Below are positions 13,104 to 22,935 of a stretch of 64,000 nt of DNA, piece after piece. Source of the stretch: Nitrospinota bacterium (lineage in GTDB: Bacteria; UBA8248); assembly GCA_036231405.1 (NCBI GenBank), contig JAZAHK010000028.1, positions 575 through 64,574 on the forward strand, written 5' to 3'. The stretch's first letter is position 1. Every line of letters starts with the position of its first letter. The position numbers were made by a program, and so were the translations under genes. The notes beneath the pieces were generated by a model. The model was not told the origin of the DNA and made no database searches. It was given only the letters and a program-made list of their open reading frames with translations.

Positions 13104-13937
13104 ATGGGTATTCTCGCTGTTTCTAGGCAGTTGGGAAGTGGTGGCGACATCATTGCTAAGTTGGTTGCTCAAGAACTTGGATGGAATCTTTTAGACAACG
13201 AGGCATTCTCTAAATCAGCTGAAGAGTTTGGTTACGTTCGTGATGAACTTGAACATATTGATGAAAGAAAACCAGGACTGATTGAACGTTTCTTTAGAGA
13301 TAGTCAATTAGTTTATCACGATGTAGTTCGATCTATAATGTACGAGTACGCTATCAAAGGAAATTGCGTTTTGCTTGGCAGGGGAGGTAACATAATCATG
13401 TCAGATATCCCCGGGGTGTTGAAAGTTAGAGTAATAGCTCCCGTAAGTGTAAGGTCAAAACGTTTGGTGGAAAATGAAGAAATAACAAAAAGTATGGCCG
13501 AAAAATTTATTGAGCACAATGATCAAGAGCGAACCTCTTACACCAGACATTTCTTTAATGCCGAATGGGGTGAAGCAGTAAATTTTGATTTAGTGATTAA
13601 TACAGAAAATGTATCTTTTGAGGATGCAAGGGACACCATTCTCGAACTTTTAAAAGAAAATAGAAAATTCCATATTGATTCTTCTGCCTTAAACCATTTA
13701 AAAGACCTTTCCTATTCTCAGAAAATCAAGGCTAAATTAATGGCAGATGATCGGATTGATGCGACAGGTGTTACTGTTTTTCTTAAGGGAGAAAGCAAAC
13801 TCTTAGTTTCGGGTAGAGTAAACAGTGAAGAAGAGAAAGAAATAGTCAACGAAATATGTAGCGGATTACATCTTGATGGAGAACTTGAAAATGAAATTCT
13901 CATCATCCCACCAATAGAGGGATGGTATCCTGTGTAA
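13104..13937 (+). CDS. cytidylate-kinase-like family protein with C-terminal BON-like domain
   Basis: MGILAVSRQLGSGGDIIAKLVAQELGWNLLDNE N-terminus typical of the cytidylate kinase-like family. Confidence 0.6.
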   Translation: MGILAVSRQLGSGGDIIAKLVAQELGWNLLDNEAFSKSAEEFGYVRDELEHIDERKPGLIERFFRDSQLVYHDVVRSIMYEYAIKGNCVLLGRGGNIIMSDIPGVLKVRVIAPVSVRSKRLVENEEITKSMAEKFIEHNDQERTSYTRHFFNAEWGEAVNFDLVINTENVSFEDARDTILELLKENRKFHIDSSALNHLKDLSYSQKIKAKLMADDRIDATGVTVFLKGESKLLVSGRVNSEEEKEIVNEICSGLHLDGELENEILIIPPIEGWYPV

Positions 13938-13955
13938 TAGTAATTTATTTATGTT

Positions 13956-15116
13956 TCAACAATTTTTTAAAGAATCATTGATATCATCTCTAAGGATTTC
14001 GAAATCATCTAGCCCTACAGAAAAACGGACTAATCCTTGTGGGATACCTCTTAAGAGTGAACTTTTCTCATCAAGATCGGAGTATGCCATTTTAACATGG
14101 TGTTCTGCTTGACTCTCTACTCCACCAAACCCTGCAGCAAGAATTGCCACTTTAAGATTATCAATAAATCTATCAGTCATTGAACGATCTTCTAGTTCGA
14201 AACTTATGAGACCTCCAAAGGATTCTTTTAGGTATTTTAAAGCGTTTTTATGGTTGGGATGGCTTTTTAATCCAGGGTAGAAAACGGTTTTTATTTTTTT
14301 GTGTTCCTCTAGGAATTCTGCCAATTTAAATGCAGTTTCAGAAATTTTAGACATACGAATTGAAAGTGTTTTCATTCCTCTATGTAACAAGAATGATTCG
14401 TTTATCCCTAAGGTAGAACCTAATAGGATTCTTTGTTCTTTCAAAGCATCTATAAGATGTTCCTCCCCGGAAATCGAACCGGCAACAATGTCATTATGTC
14501 CTGATAAGTACTTAGTTGCGCTATGTATGACTAGGTTTGCGCCGTATTCTAAGGGATTGAGAATTGCAGGAGAGGCTATGGTTGAATCAACAATAAAATG
14601 AATTTCATTTTTATGCGTCCAATTTGCTAATTCTTCTATATCAGGTATCGATAGGAATGGATTTGATGGAATTTCAGCGAAGAGCACTCTTACGTTCTCT
14701 GCCGGAATTTTTTCTAAAGTATTTAAATTGAAATCTGGCACAGTAAATATTTCAACTCCATAACGAGAGAGAATGGTATCAGCAAGATCTCTTGTATGAC
14801 GATATGAAGATATAGGCAAAATCAATTTTTTCCCTGGCGCAAGTAAAGAAATCAAAGAGCAAGTTATTGCTGCCATTCCACTTGAGAATAAAAGTGAAGA
14901 TTCAGATTTTTCAAGGGAAGACAAGTATGATTCTGTTGCAAGTGTAGTAGGATTTTCAAATCGAGTGTATAGAAATTTATTTTTTCCTTTGCCTTCGTGA
15001 AACTTTGCAAGTTCTTCAGTATTTTCAAAGGGAAATGTTGCGGTTTGAAAAATTGGCGGCACAAGAGGATTATTAGAAGAGTGGTTTTTTGAACTGTTTG
15101 ATTTTTTTTTGGCCAT
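13956..15116 (-). CDS. Cys/Met-metabolism PLP-dependent enzyme (cystathionine gamma-synthase/beta-lyase/O-acylhomoserine sulfhydrylase family)
   Basis: SATKYLSGHNDIVAGS PLP-lysine motif. Lies downstream of thrC on the same strand. Confidence 0.8.
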   Translation of the reverse strand: MAKKKSNSSKNHSSNNPLVPPIFQTATFPFENTEELAKFHEGKGKNKFLYTRFENPTTLATESYLSSLEKSESSLLFSSGMAAITCSLISLLAPGKKLILPISSYRHTRDLADTILSRYGVEIFTVPDFNLNTLEKIPAENVRVLFAEIPSNPFLSIPDIEELANWTHKNEIHFIVDSTIASPAILNPLEYGANLVIHSATKYLSGHNDIVAGSISGEEHLIDALKEQRILLGSTLGINESFLLHRGMKTLSIRMSKISETAFKLAEFLEEHKKIKTVFYPGLKSHPNHKNALKYLKESFGGLISFELEDRSMTDRFIDNLKVAILAAGFGGVESQAEHHVKMAYSDLDEKSSLLRGIPQGLVRFSVGLDDFEILRDDINDSLKNC

Positions 15117-15127
15117 AGTAGTTTTCT

Positions 15128-16477
15128 CTAGGTGAAAAAATCATTTTTTTCTTTGAAATATTTATCTAGTGTTTTTAAAATTTTGTCTAGATCATTTGGT
15201 AAATTGACAGGTTTATTAGAGTAAACATTTGAAATTCCTTCAATTTCATCTTGGTGATATCTAATTTTCGCTTCTGTGAATTTGAGACCATGCGCAGTTG
15301 ATATCACAACAATTTTTTCCTTTTTGTCAATCTTTCCTTTTTTAATTAATTTTTCGAGTACTGCGAGTGCTACTCCAGTCTGAGGACAGTTATACATTCC
15401 TGTTTTGTCAGCTCTTGCCATAGCATTAGCTAATTCTTCTTCAGTTGCTTCTTCTACAATTCCATCAAAGGATTTAAGAATTTTAATTGCACGTTTAAAA
15501 CTTACTGGATTGCCAATTTGTATAGCAGTAGCGAGTGTGGGTTCTGCTTTTATGGATTCAAAAGTATCGAAACTATTTAAATAAGAACGATACAGAGGAT
15601 TAGCATTTTTTGCCTGTGCACATATAAGGCGTGGCAGTTTGTCAATAAGTCCTAGCTGTTGCATTTGAAGAAATCCTTTTCCTAATGCACTGATATTTCC
15701 AAGATTACCCCCAGGAATTATTATTACATCAGGTACTTCCCAATTGAATTGCTGTGTAAGTTCTATGCTTACAGTTTTCTGCCCTTCTAATCGGATTGAA
15801 TTTATACTGTTCGCAAGATACACAGGGTGTTTCTCACAGACTTTTTGAACAATTTCCATGCAGCCGTCAAAATCGGTATCAATAGACAAAACAAGAGCGC
15901 CGTTTGTAATTGGTTGTATTAATTGTGCGATAGAAACTTTATCTTTAGGAAGGAAAATTAAAGATGGAATATCAGCCGCAGCCGCGTAAGCTGCAAGTGC
16001 GGCTGAAGTGTCTCCTGTTGAGGCACAGGCAAGAGCCTTTATTTCTTTCCCATCATTAATCATCTGTTTTGCAGCGGAAACTAAGACAGTCATTCCCAAA
16101 TCTTTGAATGAGCCGGTATGACTGTTCCCACACTGTTTTATCCAAAGTTCTGATAGTCCAAGTTCTTTTTCAAGACGATCTGCCCAAAATAAGTTTGTTC
16201 CACCTTCATAAAAAGAAATGATATTTTCATTCTCAACATTTGGAAAAATCCATTCCTTTTTTCCCCAAACTCCACTGCCGTGTGGCCAACTATTTCTCTT
16301 GTAACGATCATCAAACAAGTGTCTCCATTCGGAAGCACTTTTTGATTGAAGTTCCTGTAAATCGTGTTCTACTTCGAGCAGTTCTCCACATTGGCGACAT
16401 CTGTAAATATTCTCGAAGACAGAATAAGAAGTCTCGCAACTTTCATTTGTACACTTTAACCAGCAATTATAATTCAT
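15128..16477 (-). CDS. thrC: threonine synthase (long form with N-terminal zinc-ribbon)
   Basis: HTGSFKDLGMTV PLP fold-II motif. N-terminal CxxC...CxxC (CTNESCETSY...CRQCGE). Confidence 0.85.
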   Translation of the reverse strand: MNYNCWLKCTNESCETSYSVFENIYRCRQCGELLEVEHDLQELQSKSASEWRHLFDDRYKRNSWPHGSGVWGKKEWIFPNVENENIISFYEGGTNLFWADRLEKELGLSELWIKQCGNSHTGSFKDLGMTVLVSAAKQMINDGKEIKALACASTGDTSAALAAYAAAADIPSLIFLPKDKVSIAQLIQPITNGALVLSIDTDFDGCMEIVQKVCEKHPVYLANSINSIRLEGQKTVSIELTQQFNWEVPDVIIIPGGNLGNISALGKGFLQMQQLGLIDKLPRLICAQAKNANPLYRSYLNSFDTFESIKAEPTLATAIQIGNPVSFKRAIKILKSFDGIVEEATEEELANAMARADKTGMYNCPQTGVALAVLEKLIKKGKIDKKEKIVVISTAHGLKFTEAKIRYHQDEIEGISNVYSNKPVNLPNDLDKILKTLDKYFKEKNDFFT

Positions 16478-16601
16478 ATGACACCAATCTTAATGTCAAA
16501 AGATTTTTGAAAACCAAACTGTTTCTTAGACAATATTCAGGAACTTTAATGTTATACACGATATTTGTAAACAACGTTGAGAGGAATGGCTACTTGTTTT
16601 T

Positions 16602-17843
16602 TTATGTGGTTGCCTGTTGTCTCATTTGTAGAACTTCTTTTTCGTTTATGAAACAAACAATTACGGCAGCTTGAATACATAAGTATGCGGCTAACATGAA
16701 AGCAATGTTGTAACTTCCAGTGACATCATAAATATAGCCGCACAACCATGCACTTAATCCTGCTCCTAATTGATGGCTCAACATTATTAACCCAAGAAGT
16801 ATCGCGACGTTTTTACTTCCAAAAAAATCCACTGTGAGCGCAGAAGTTAAGGGAACTGTAGCTATCCATGTTAACCCAATTATTAACGGTGTTGCCCATA
16901 GTGTGTATTCATTTTTGTACAGGATGAATAAAATAAAGCCTAAGCTTCGTATGGCATATACCAAACTTAGAGGGATTTTGCGTCCCAGTTTGTCTGATAG
17001 TGGACCAACAATTAAAGTCCCAATTGTGTTTAGTCCTCCCCCTACAGCAAAAGCCAATGCGGCTGTAGTAGCAGCGAAATTTAAGTCAGTCGCAAAAGGA
17101 ATCCAGTGGACAGTGATAACCGTAATTGTAAACCCACACGTGAAAAAGCTTGACGTTAAAAGTATAAAAGGTTTTTTGTGAAGGCATTCAACCCAAGGAA
17201 TATCGTATGGAAAAGGAATTTTTTGAATCTTGTTCACTTTTTTGTCATTAGGATCTTTCGAGTTATTCGAAGGGTTATCTTTTATTATGAAAAAAGAAAT
17301 TGGAAGGATCGTCAATGCAAAAAGTATTCCTATGTAAAGTAACGCAGTTCTCCATGTGACCATTTCAACTAAAAAAGCGAAAACAGGAATTAAGAATAAT
17401 TGTCCTAGGCTTGAACCTGCACTCATTATAGAGAGAGCCATCCCTTTTCGACTTTCAAACCAGTTTGATAAGACAGGAGTCAGGGCAACGAAACTATTGC
17501 CCGTTCCCCCTAATCCCAAAAGAAAACCGTAAAAAAAATAGATGCCCCAAATTGAACTAACTTGAGACATCCCTAAAACACCTATCGTTGTTATTATCGA
17601 ACCAAAAGCAATTACTTTCTTTGCTCCAAAACGATTGATCATCAAGCCGCCTATGGGTTGGGAGATACCAAATAAAATTAAAGATAATGAGGCAGGGAGG
17701 GAAAGAGCGGCCCTACTCAATTGGAATTCTTCCATCATAGGTTTGAAAAAAATTCCGAAAGATTGCCGCGCACTCATTCCCATAAAAACAAGTATGAATG
17801 CACCTGCTAATACAAACCAACCATAATAAATTTTCTTAGCCAT
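16602..17843 (-). CDS. MFS transporter (OFA-like)
   Basis: 413 aa with 12 TM-like hydrophobic segments. MAKKIYYGWFVLAGAFILVFMGMSARQSFGIFF N-terminus. Confidence 0.8.
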   Translation of the reverse strand: MAKKIYYGWFVLAGAFILVFMGMSARQSFGIFFKPMMEEFQLSRAALSLPASLSLILFGISQPIGGLMINRFGAKKVIAFGSIITTIGVLGMSQVSSIWGIYFFYGFLLGLGGTGNSFVALTPVLSNWFESRKGMALSIMSAGSSLGQLFLIPVFAFLVEMVTWRTALLYIGILFALTILPISFFIIKDNPSNNSKDPNDKKVNKIQKIPFPYDIPWVECLHKKPFILLTSSFFTCGFTITVITVHWIPFATDLNFAATTAALAFAVGGGLNTIGTLIVGPLSDKLGRKIPLSLVYAIRSLGFILFILYKNEYTLWATPLIIGLTWIATVPLTSALTVDFFGSKNVAILLGLIMLSHQLGAGLSAWLCGYIYDVTGSYNIAFMLAAYLCIQAAVIVCFINEKEVLQMRQQATT

Positions 17844-18015
17844 TTTTGTACTCTAGAGTGAGAGACTGTTGTGATACAATTTTTTGAACTTGTTTACTAA
17901 GTTATATATTTAGTCTCCAATTGACAAGCAAACTATGTTTTGAAGTTGTTTTTAGTAATTTGATATATCCTCTCTTATTTTTGCATAATGTTGTCTATTC
18001 TTAGAGGAGTTAAAG

Positions 18016-19356
18016 ATGTCAGTTCCTAATTTTATTCATAATCATCCGGGTCCAAAAACTCTGGATGCAATTTCTCGACTCAGAGATGTAGAAATGAAAG
18101 CTTCTCTAAGTTTTGGAATTAGTAAAGATGCTCTAGTGGTTAAGAAAGCATCTGGTTCTACAATTGAAGATGTAGATGGAAATCTTTTCTTAGATTTTGT
18201 TGCAGGTTACGGATCCCTAAATGCCGGGCATTGTCATCCTGAGATTGTAGATGCTGTTTGCAAACAATCTGCTCAAGTACACCAGGCTATGTCTATGGGA
18301 TCAGAAGTTAGGATACAAATGCAAGAAAAATTGCTTTCACTATTCGAGGGTCCTAAAAGAAATGTAATTTTAGGAACTGGGGGAAGTGAAGCTGCTGAGA
18401 TTGCGTTAAAAATTGCACGAAGAGAGACAGGCAAATCGGAGATAATCGCTTTTACGGGCGCATTTCATGGAAGGACTCTTGGTTCACTTGCACTGATAGG
18501 AAGAAAAAACCAAAGAGAAGGTATTGGTTCTCTGATTCCAGGCATACATCATATTCCTTATCCGTATATGTATAGGAGTATTTTTGGAGATGATGAGAAG
18601 TTATGCATAGAAGGTACTATTTCATTAATTGATGAATTCTTATCTAATCCGAGTAGTGGATGGGGAGAAATTGCTGCAGTAATAATTGAGCCAGTTCAAG
18701 GAAATGGAGGGATGATTCCAGCGCCGATTGGTTTTTTAAAGAGGCTAAGAGACTTATGTAGCAAATACGGAATTGTATTAATTTTTGATGAGGTCATGAG
18801 TGGATTCTGTAGGACTGGACAGATTTTTGCTTATCAACATGAAGCAAATATTGAGCCTGATATAGTCATTTTGGGGAAATCAATTTCAGGAGGATTTCCT
18901 CTTTCAGCTTGTGTAGTAAATAATGAAATTGTTTCATCTAATCCTGGCACTGAGGGTAGTACTTACGGAGGAAACTTAGTTTCTTGCGCTGCGTCTCTAG
19001 CTGCAATGAAAATTTATGAGGAAGAATCTTATGTGGAACGCGCTAAAAATATGGGGGAGTACTTTTTAGAAAGATTAAACACTCTTAAGGACAAGCATGA
19101 AATTGTCGGCGATATTCGTGGGAGAGGTTTGATGGTGGGTATTGAGATGGTAAAAGATAGGAATACAAAAATTCCACTCACTGAAGCAAAAAAAGGTAGT
19201 CAAAAAGCGCTGCAGAAAGGCCTACTTCTATATCCTGGAGGTCATAACTCTAACGTTCTTGCTTTTTTACCCCCGATTGTTATTGGCAAAGAAGAAGTCG
19301 ATGTTGCAGTCTCTATTATAGATGATGTTTTATATGAAATTTCAAAAGATACGTAG
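18016..19356 (+). CDS. class-III (omega) aminotransferase, PLP-dependent
   Basis: LIFDEVMSGFCRTGQIFA ... ILGKSISGGFPL motifs of acetylornithine/GABA aminotransferase family. Confidence 0.85.
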   Translation: MSVPNFIHNHPGPKTLDAISRLRDVEMKASLSFGISKDALVVKKASGSTIEDVDGNLFLDFVAGYGSLNAGHCHPEIVDAVCKQSAQVHQAMSMGSEVRIQMQEKLLSLFEGPKRNVILGTGGSEAAEIALKIARRETGKSEIIAFTGAFHGRTLGSLALIGRKNQREGIGSLIPGIHHIPYPYMYRSIFGDDEKLCIEGTISLIDEFLSNPSSGWGEIAAVIIEPVQGNGGMIPAPIGFLKRLRDLCSKYGIVLIFDEVMSGFCRTGQIFAYQHEANIEPDIVILGKSISGGFPLSACVVNNEIVSSNPGTEGSTYGGNLVSCAASLAAMKIYEEESYVERAKNMGEYFLERLNTLKDKHEIVGDIRGRGLMVGIEMVKDRNTKIPLTEAKKGSQKALQKGLLLYPGGHNSNVLAFLPPIVIGKEEVDVAVSIIDDVLYEISKDT

Positions 19357-19376
19357 ATCTGCATTTATATTTTTTC

Positions 19377-19880
19377 CTAAAAGTTCTTCCAGATTCCTTT
19401 AGAATGCTTCTTCGCTATTTTTTCAGCGTTTTCAAGTTTTTTCTGATATCGGATATTTGGATATTTAATTACTGCCCTTGTGAATCCTCTGAGAATGAGC
19501 AATAAATTCACGAATGTCCCATCCTCTAGAAAGACATAGTACTGTACCTGTCCATAACGGTCTATTAATTTTTTGTCGATTTCCAATTTTACTATTTGTC
19601 CTTCCATTAAATTTTTGAGGAATTTAAAACAGTTATTTGTAATTGGATTTTTTCTTTGGCTTTTTGAAATCCCAATGAGTGTTGATCTTTGTCCTCCTCC
19701 AATTAGGAAAGTAGAGCAGTCTAAAACTTTTCTTATTTTTGTCGTCAGTCTAGGATATTGATTTTCTATAAATCTTGATTGAGCAAAAGATTTTTCCAAT
19801 GGGAAGAATGATGGTAACATGCAAAAGGAGATAGAAAGGGTAATGATGCAGATCCAAACAGGCTTTAACTTATGCCGCAT
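19377..19880 (-). CDS. secreted thermonuclease (SNase-like) family protein
   Basis: Signal-peptide-like N-terminus followed by an SNase-like core (IDRYGQVQYYVFLEDGTFVNLLLILRGFTRA). Confidence 0.55.
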   Translation of the reverse strand: MRHKLKPVWICIITLSISFCMLPSFFPLEKSFAQSRFIENQYPRLTTKIRKVLDCSTFLIGGGQRSTLIGISKSQRKNPITNNCFKFLKNLMEGQIVKLEIDKKLIDRYGQVQYYVFLEDGTFVNLLLILRGFTRAVIKYPNIRYQKKLENAEKIAKKHSKGIWKNF

Positions 19881-20004
19881 TATCTATTCTCTCTGTGAGT
19901 CACTAATAACAAATCACTTGAGAAGGTTATCTCTTTGTACCCCTTTTAGCAATTTATAGTTTTAATGGGTTTTTGTAGTTATAAAGTATTTTTTCTTAAT
20001 TACG

Positions 20005-20976
20005 ATGGGAAAAATTATGACTCAAATTAGGGATTTGGAAGATGGAAAGGAGGGATTTGGTTTTTATTATTTGCGTGAAAAACTAAATAAAGTGACACGA
20101 CAAGGAAAAGATTACTTTGATCTTGTATTAGAAGATGAGACAGGGACGATCCTCGCGAGAGTTTGGGAAATCGATAAACAGGTCAAAGGTGATCTAACTT
20201 CAGATACTTATGTCAAAGCTGAATATCTAGCTGACACATACAACGAGCAATTACAGTTAAAAATCCTGATGATCCGTGAAATTCAAGACAGTGACTATGA
20301 CGAAGGATTTGATGAGAGTTCTTGTCACAGATCTAGCCCTTTCCCCATAGATAAAATGTGGGAAGAAATTAGAAAAATCTCTTCTGAGTGTTCTTCGAAA
20401 GTGTCAGAACTTCTGTTTTCTGTTCTTGATGAATATTCTGATAGCTTGCGAGCATGGCCTGCAGCTTCTAAAATGCACCACGCGTACTTTGGAGGCCTTC
20501 TGGAACACACGCTTTCAGTAACAAAAACTTGTATCTATTTTGCTAAAAAGTATCGTGTTTCAAGAGACCTAATTGTTAGTGGAGCGATTCTGCACGATAT
20601 TGGAAAGTTAGAAGAACTTTCTAGGGCTAGTGGAGGCGAATATACAAAGAAGGGTCGACTTGTAGGACATATAGTCTTGGGAAGAGATATTGTAAGGAAA
20701 TTCGCTTCTAAAATACCTGATTTTCCCGAAGATTTTCTGCTTGAGTTAGAACACTTAATTTTATCTCATCAAGGTCAACCTGAATGGGGTACCGTAAAGG
20801 TTCCAATGAGTAAAGAAGCATTACTACTTCATTATGCAGACGATACTGATGCTAAATTTAATTTGGTTTCCAATTATATCGCTGATGACAAGAGTGAGGG
20901 TTCATTTACAAACTATTATCCCAATATGAACAGAGTTTTTCTAAAGGGAACCAAAAGTGCTGAAGATCAGGATTAA
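20005..20976 (+). CDS. OB-fold + HD-domain phosphohydrolase (YhaM-like 3'-5' exonuclease family)
   Basis: HAYFGGLLEHTLSV ... ILHDIGKLEE HD motif. N-terminal OB-like region. Confidence 0.7.
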   Translation: MGKIMTQIRDLEDGKEGFGFYYLREKLNKVTRQGKDYFDLVLEDETGTILARVWEIDKQVKGDLTSDTYVKAEYLADTYNEQLQLKILMIREIQDSDYDEGFDESSCHRSSPFPIDKMWEEIRKISSECSSKVSELLFSVLDEYSDSLRAWPAASKMHHAYFGGLLEHTLSVTKTCIYFAKKYRVSRDLIVSGAILHDIGKLEELSRASGGEYTKKGRLVGHIVLGRDIVRKFASKIPDFPEDFLLELEHLILSHQGQPEWGTVKVPMSKEALLLHYADDTDAKFNLVSNYIADDKSEGSFTNYYPNMNRVFLKGTKSAEDQD

Positions 20977-20993
20977 ATTTTTTTTAGAACTGA

Positions 20994-21878
20994 ATGGTAG
21001 GAGTTTTTGAGAATATGACAAATTTATTAAAAGATAATGGAAAAATGGTTATGCTAGCTCTAGATCATGGTTATTTTCAGGGCCCAACTTCTGGGTTGGA
21101 GGATCCAAAAGAAACATTAGAGAAGCTTATTCCTTTCTGCGATGCAGTAAGTCCGACCAAGGGTATTTTCTTGCATTGTATGCCAAAAGAAGTAAATGTG
21201 CCGGTTATCTTACGTGCTTCTGGAGGTAATAGTATTGTGTATGCAGACCCACTTGAACTTGAGAGAGAGGTTTCACTGCGTTCTTTAGGAAATGTGGAGA
21301 TGAATCGAGATGAGATTCGAAAGGAGATAGATGGGCAGATCGTTGATAGAGAGCTATCAAATGAGGGAATTACAGTTTCTTGTGAGGAGGCAAAAAGTTT
21401 GGGTGTTGAGGGTGTGTCAATCTCTATTTATGTAGGAACTAGATATCAGAAGGAAAGTATTCTGAATTTGTCAAAAATGTCTGAAGGAACTAGAAATAAT
21501 GGTCTTGAACTACTTGGTATTACCGCAGTTGGAAAAGAAATGAAGAGGGATGCTCGTTACTTAGGTCTCGCTTCACGCATCGCTGCGGAACATGGCGCAG
21601 ATATTGTAAAGACTTACTATTGTGATGATTTCCAAAAGGTAGTGAATGGTTGTTTTGTTCCAATTGTGATTGCCGGTGGGAAGAAGATCCCTGAAGAGGA
21701 TGCTTTAGATTTATGTTACAGGGCAATTAGTGATGGTGCAGTTGGTGTTGATATGGGTAGAAATATCTTTCAGAGTCGTTTCCCAGTTGCAATGATGAAA
21801 GCAGTAGGTGCGGTTGTACATAAGGGTGTAAAACCAGATGTTGCCCTCGAACTTTTTAAAGATGAAAGCTCTAGCTAA
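20994..21878 (+). CDS. DhnA-type class I aldolase family protein (FbaB/LsrF-like)
   Basis: MVMLALDHGYFQGP ... ADIVKTYYCDDF motifs of the DeoC/DhnA aldolase family. The true start may be the ATG at 21015. Confidence 0.65.
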   Translation: MVGVFENMTNLLKDNGKMVMLALDHGYFQGPTSGLEDPKETLEKLIPFCDAVSPTKGIFLHCMPKEVNVPVILRASGGNSIVYADPLELEREVSLRSLGNVEMNRDEIRKEIDGQIVDRELSNEGITVSCEEAKSLGVEGVSISIYVGTRYQKESILNLSKMSEGTRNNGLELLGITAVGKEMKRDARYLGLASRIAAEHGADIVKTYYCDDFQKVVNGCFVPIVIAGGKKIPEEDALDLCYRAISDGAVGVDMGRNIFQSRFPVAMMKAVGAVVHKGVKPDVALELFKDESSS

Positions 21879-21916
21879 TTATAAATTTGCGATTCTTTTT
21901 TGAGAATTAAAACATT

Positions 21917-22933
21917 ATGAAAGCTGCATTTTATTATAACAATCAAGATATTAGATTGGAAGATATTCCAAAACCCCCTTTGGAGAAAGGCGATCTCTTA
22001 ATAAAAACGGTTTCAAGTGGAATTTGTGGTAGTGATGTAATGGAATGGTATCGTGTTCCTAAAGCCCCGGTAGTTCTTGGCCATGAAGTTGCTGGTGATG
22101 TTGTTCAGGTTGACAGTGAAGTTAGTAATTTCCAAGAAGGAGACCGCGTAGTTGTATCTCATCATGTCCCATGCAATGAATGTGAATATTGTAGAAAGAA
22201 CTTACATACGGCTTGTGACACCTTGAGGAAAACAAATTTTGATCCAGGGGGATTTTGTGAATTCATCAGAGTTCCTTCTGCTAATGTATTAACGGGGACC
22301 TTTCATCTTCCTGATGAGATCTCTTATGACGAGGGAGTCTTCGTAGAACCTTTAGGATGTGTTTTAAGATCCCAGAGGGTTGCAAACTTAGGGTCTGAAG
22401 ATAAAGTTTTGGTCATAGGTGCAGGGATTAGTGGTTTATTACATATAAAACTTGCCTTAGCTAAAGGTTGTAAAAGAGTTTTTGCCTCAGATATTAACGA
22501 ATATCGTTTACAAAAAGCCAAAGATTTTGGCGCAGAAATCGTCGATTCTGGAACAGAAATTCCAAATTTTCTAAGGGAAAATTTGGAAGGAAAATTAGCA
22601 GATCAGGTTATCTTGTGTACTGGTTCCCCTAGCGCACTAGGATCTGCCATTCAGTGTCTAGATCGAGGTGGAGTATTACAGTTGTTTGCTCCTCCTCCTC
22701 CTGGTTTTATTCCCGAGATTGATTTAAATCTTGTTTGGAAGGATCAAATTTCTTTGTCTACTTCCTATGGTGCTGCCCCTTACGACCTAGAAGAGGCAAT
22801 AAATCTAATAGAAGGAAGAAACCTCGTTGTGGAAGATATGATCACACACAAATTGCCTTTAGTGGAAATAAAGGAGGGATTTCAACTTGTTTCAGCCGCA
22901 GGAGATTCACTTAAAGTTGTCATTAGACCTTGA
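21917..22933 (+). CDS. zinc-dependent medium-chain alcohol/threonine/sorbitol dehydrogenase family
   Basis: GICGSDVMEWY, VLGHEVAGDV and the GxGxxG Rossmann motif (VLVIGAGISG). Confidence 0.85.
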   Translation: MKAAFYYNNQDIRLEDIPKPPLEKGDLLIKTVSSGICGSDVMEWYRVPKAPVVLGHEVAGDVVQVDSEVSNFQEGDRVVVSHHVPCNECEYCRKNLHTACDTLRKTNFDPGGFCEFIRVPSANVLTGTFHLPDEISYDEGVFVEPLGCVLRSQRVANLGSEDKVLVIGAGISGLLHIKLALAKGCKRVFASDINEYRLQKAKDFGAEIVDSGTEIPNFLRENLEGKLADQVILCTGSPSALGSAIQCLDRGGVLQLFAPPPPGFIPEIDLNLVWKDQISLSTSYGAAPYDLEEAINLIEGRNLVVEDMITHKLPLVEIKEGFQLVSAAGDSLKVVIRP

Positions 22934-22935
22934 TT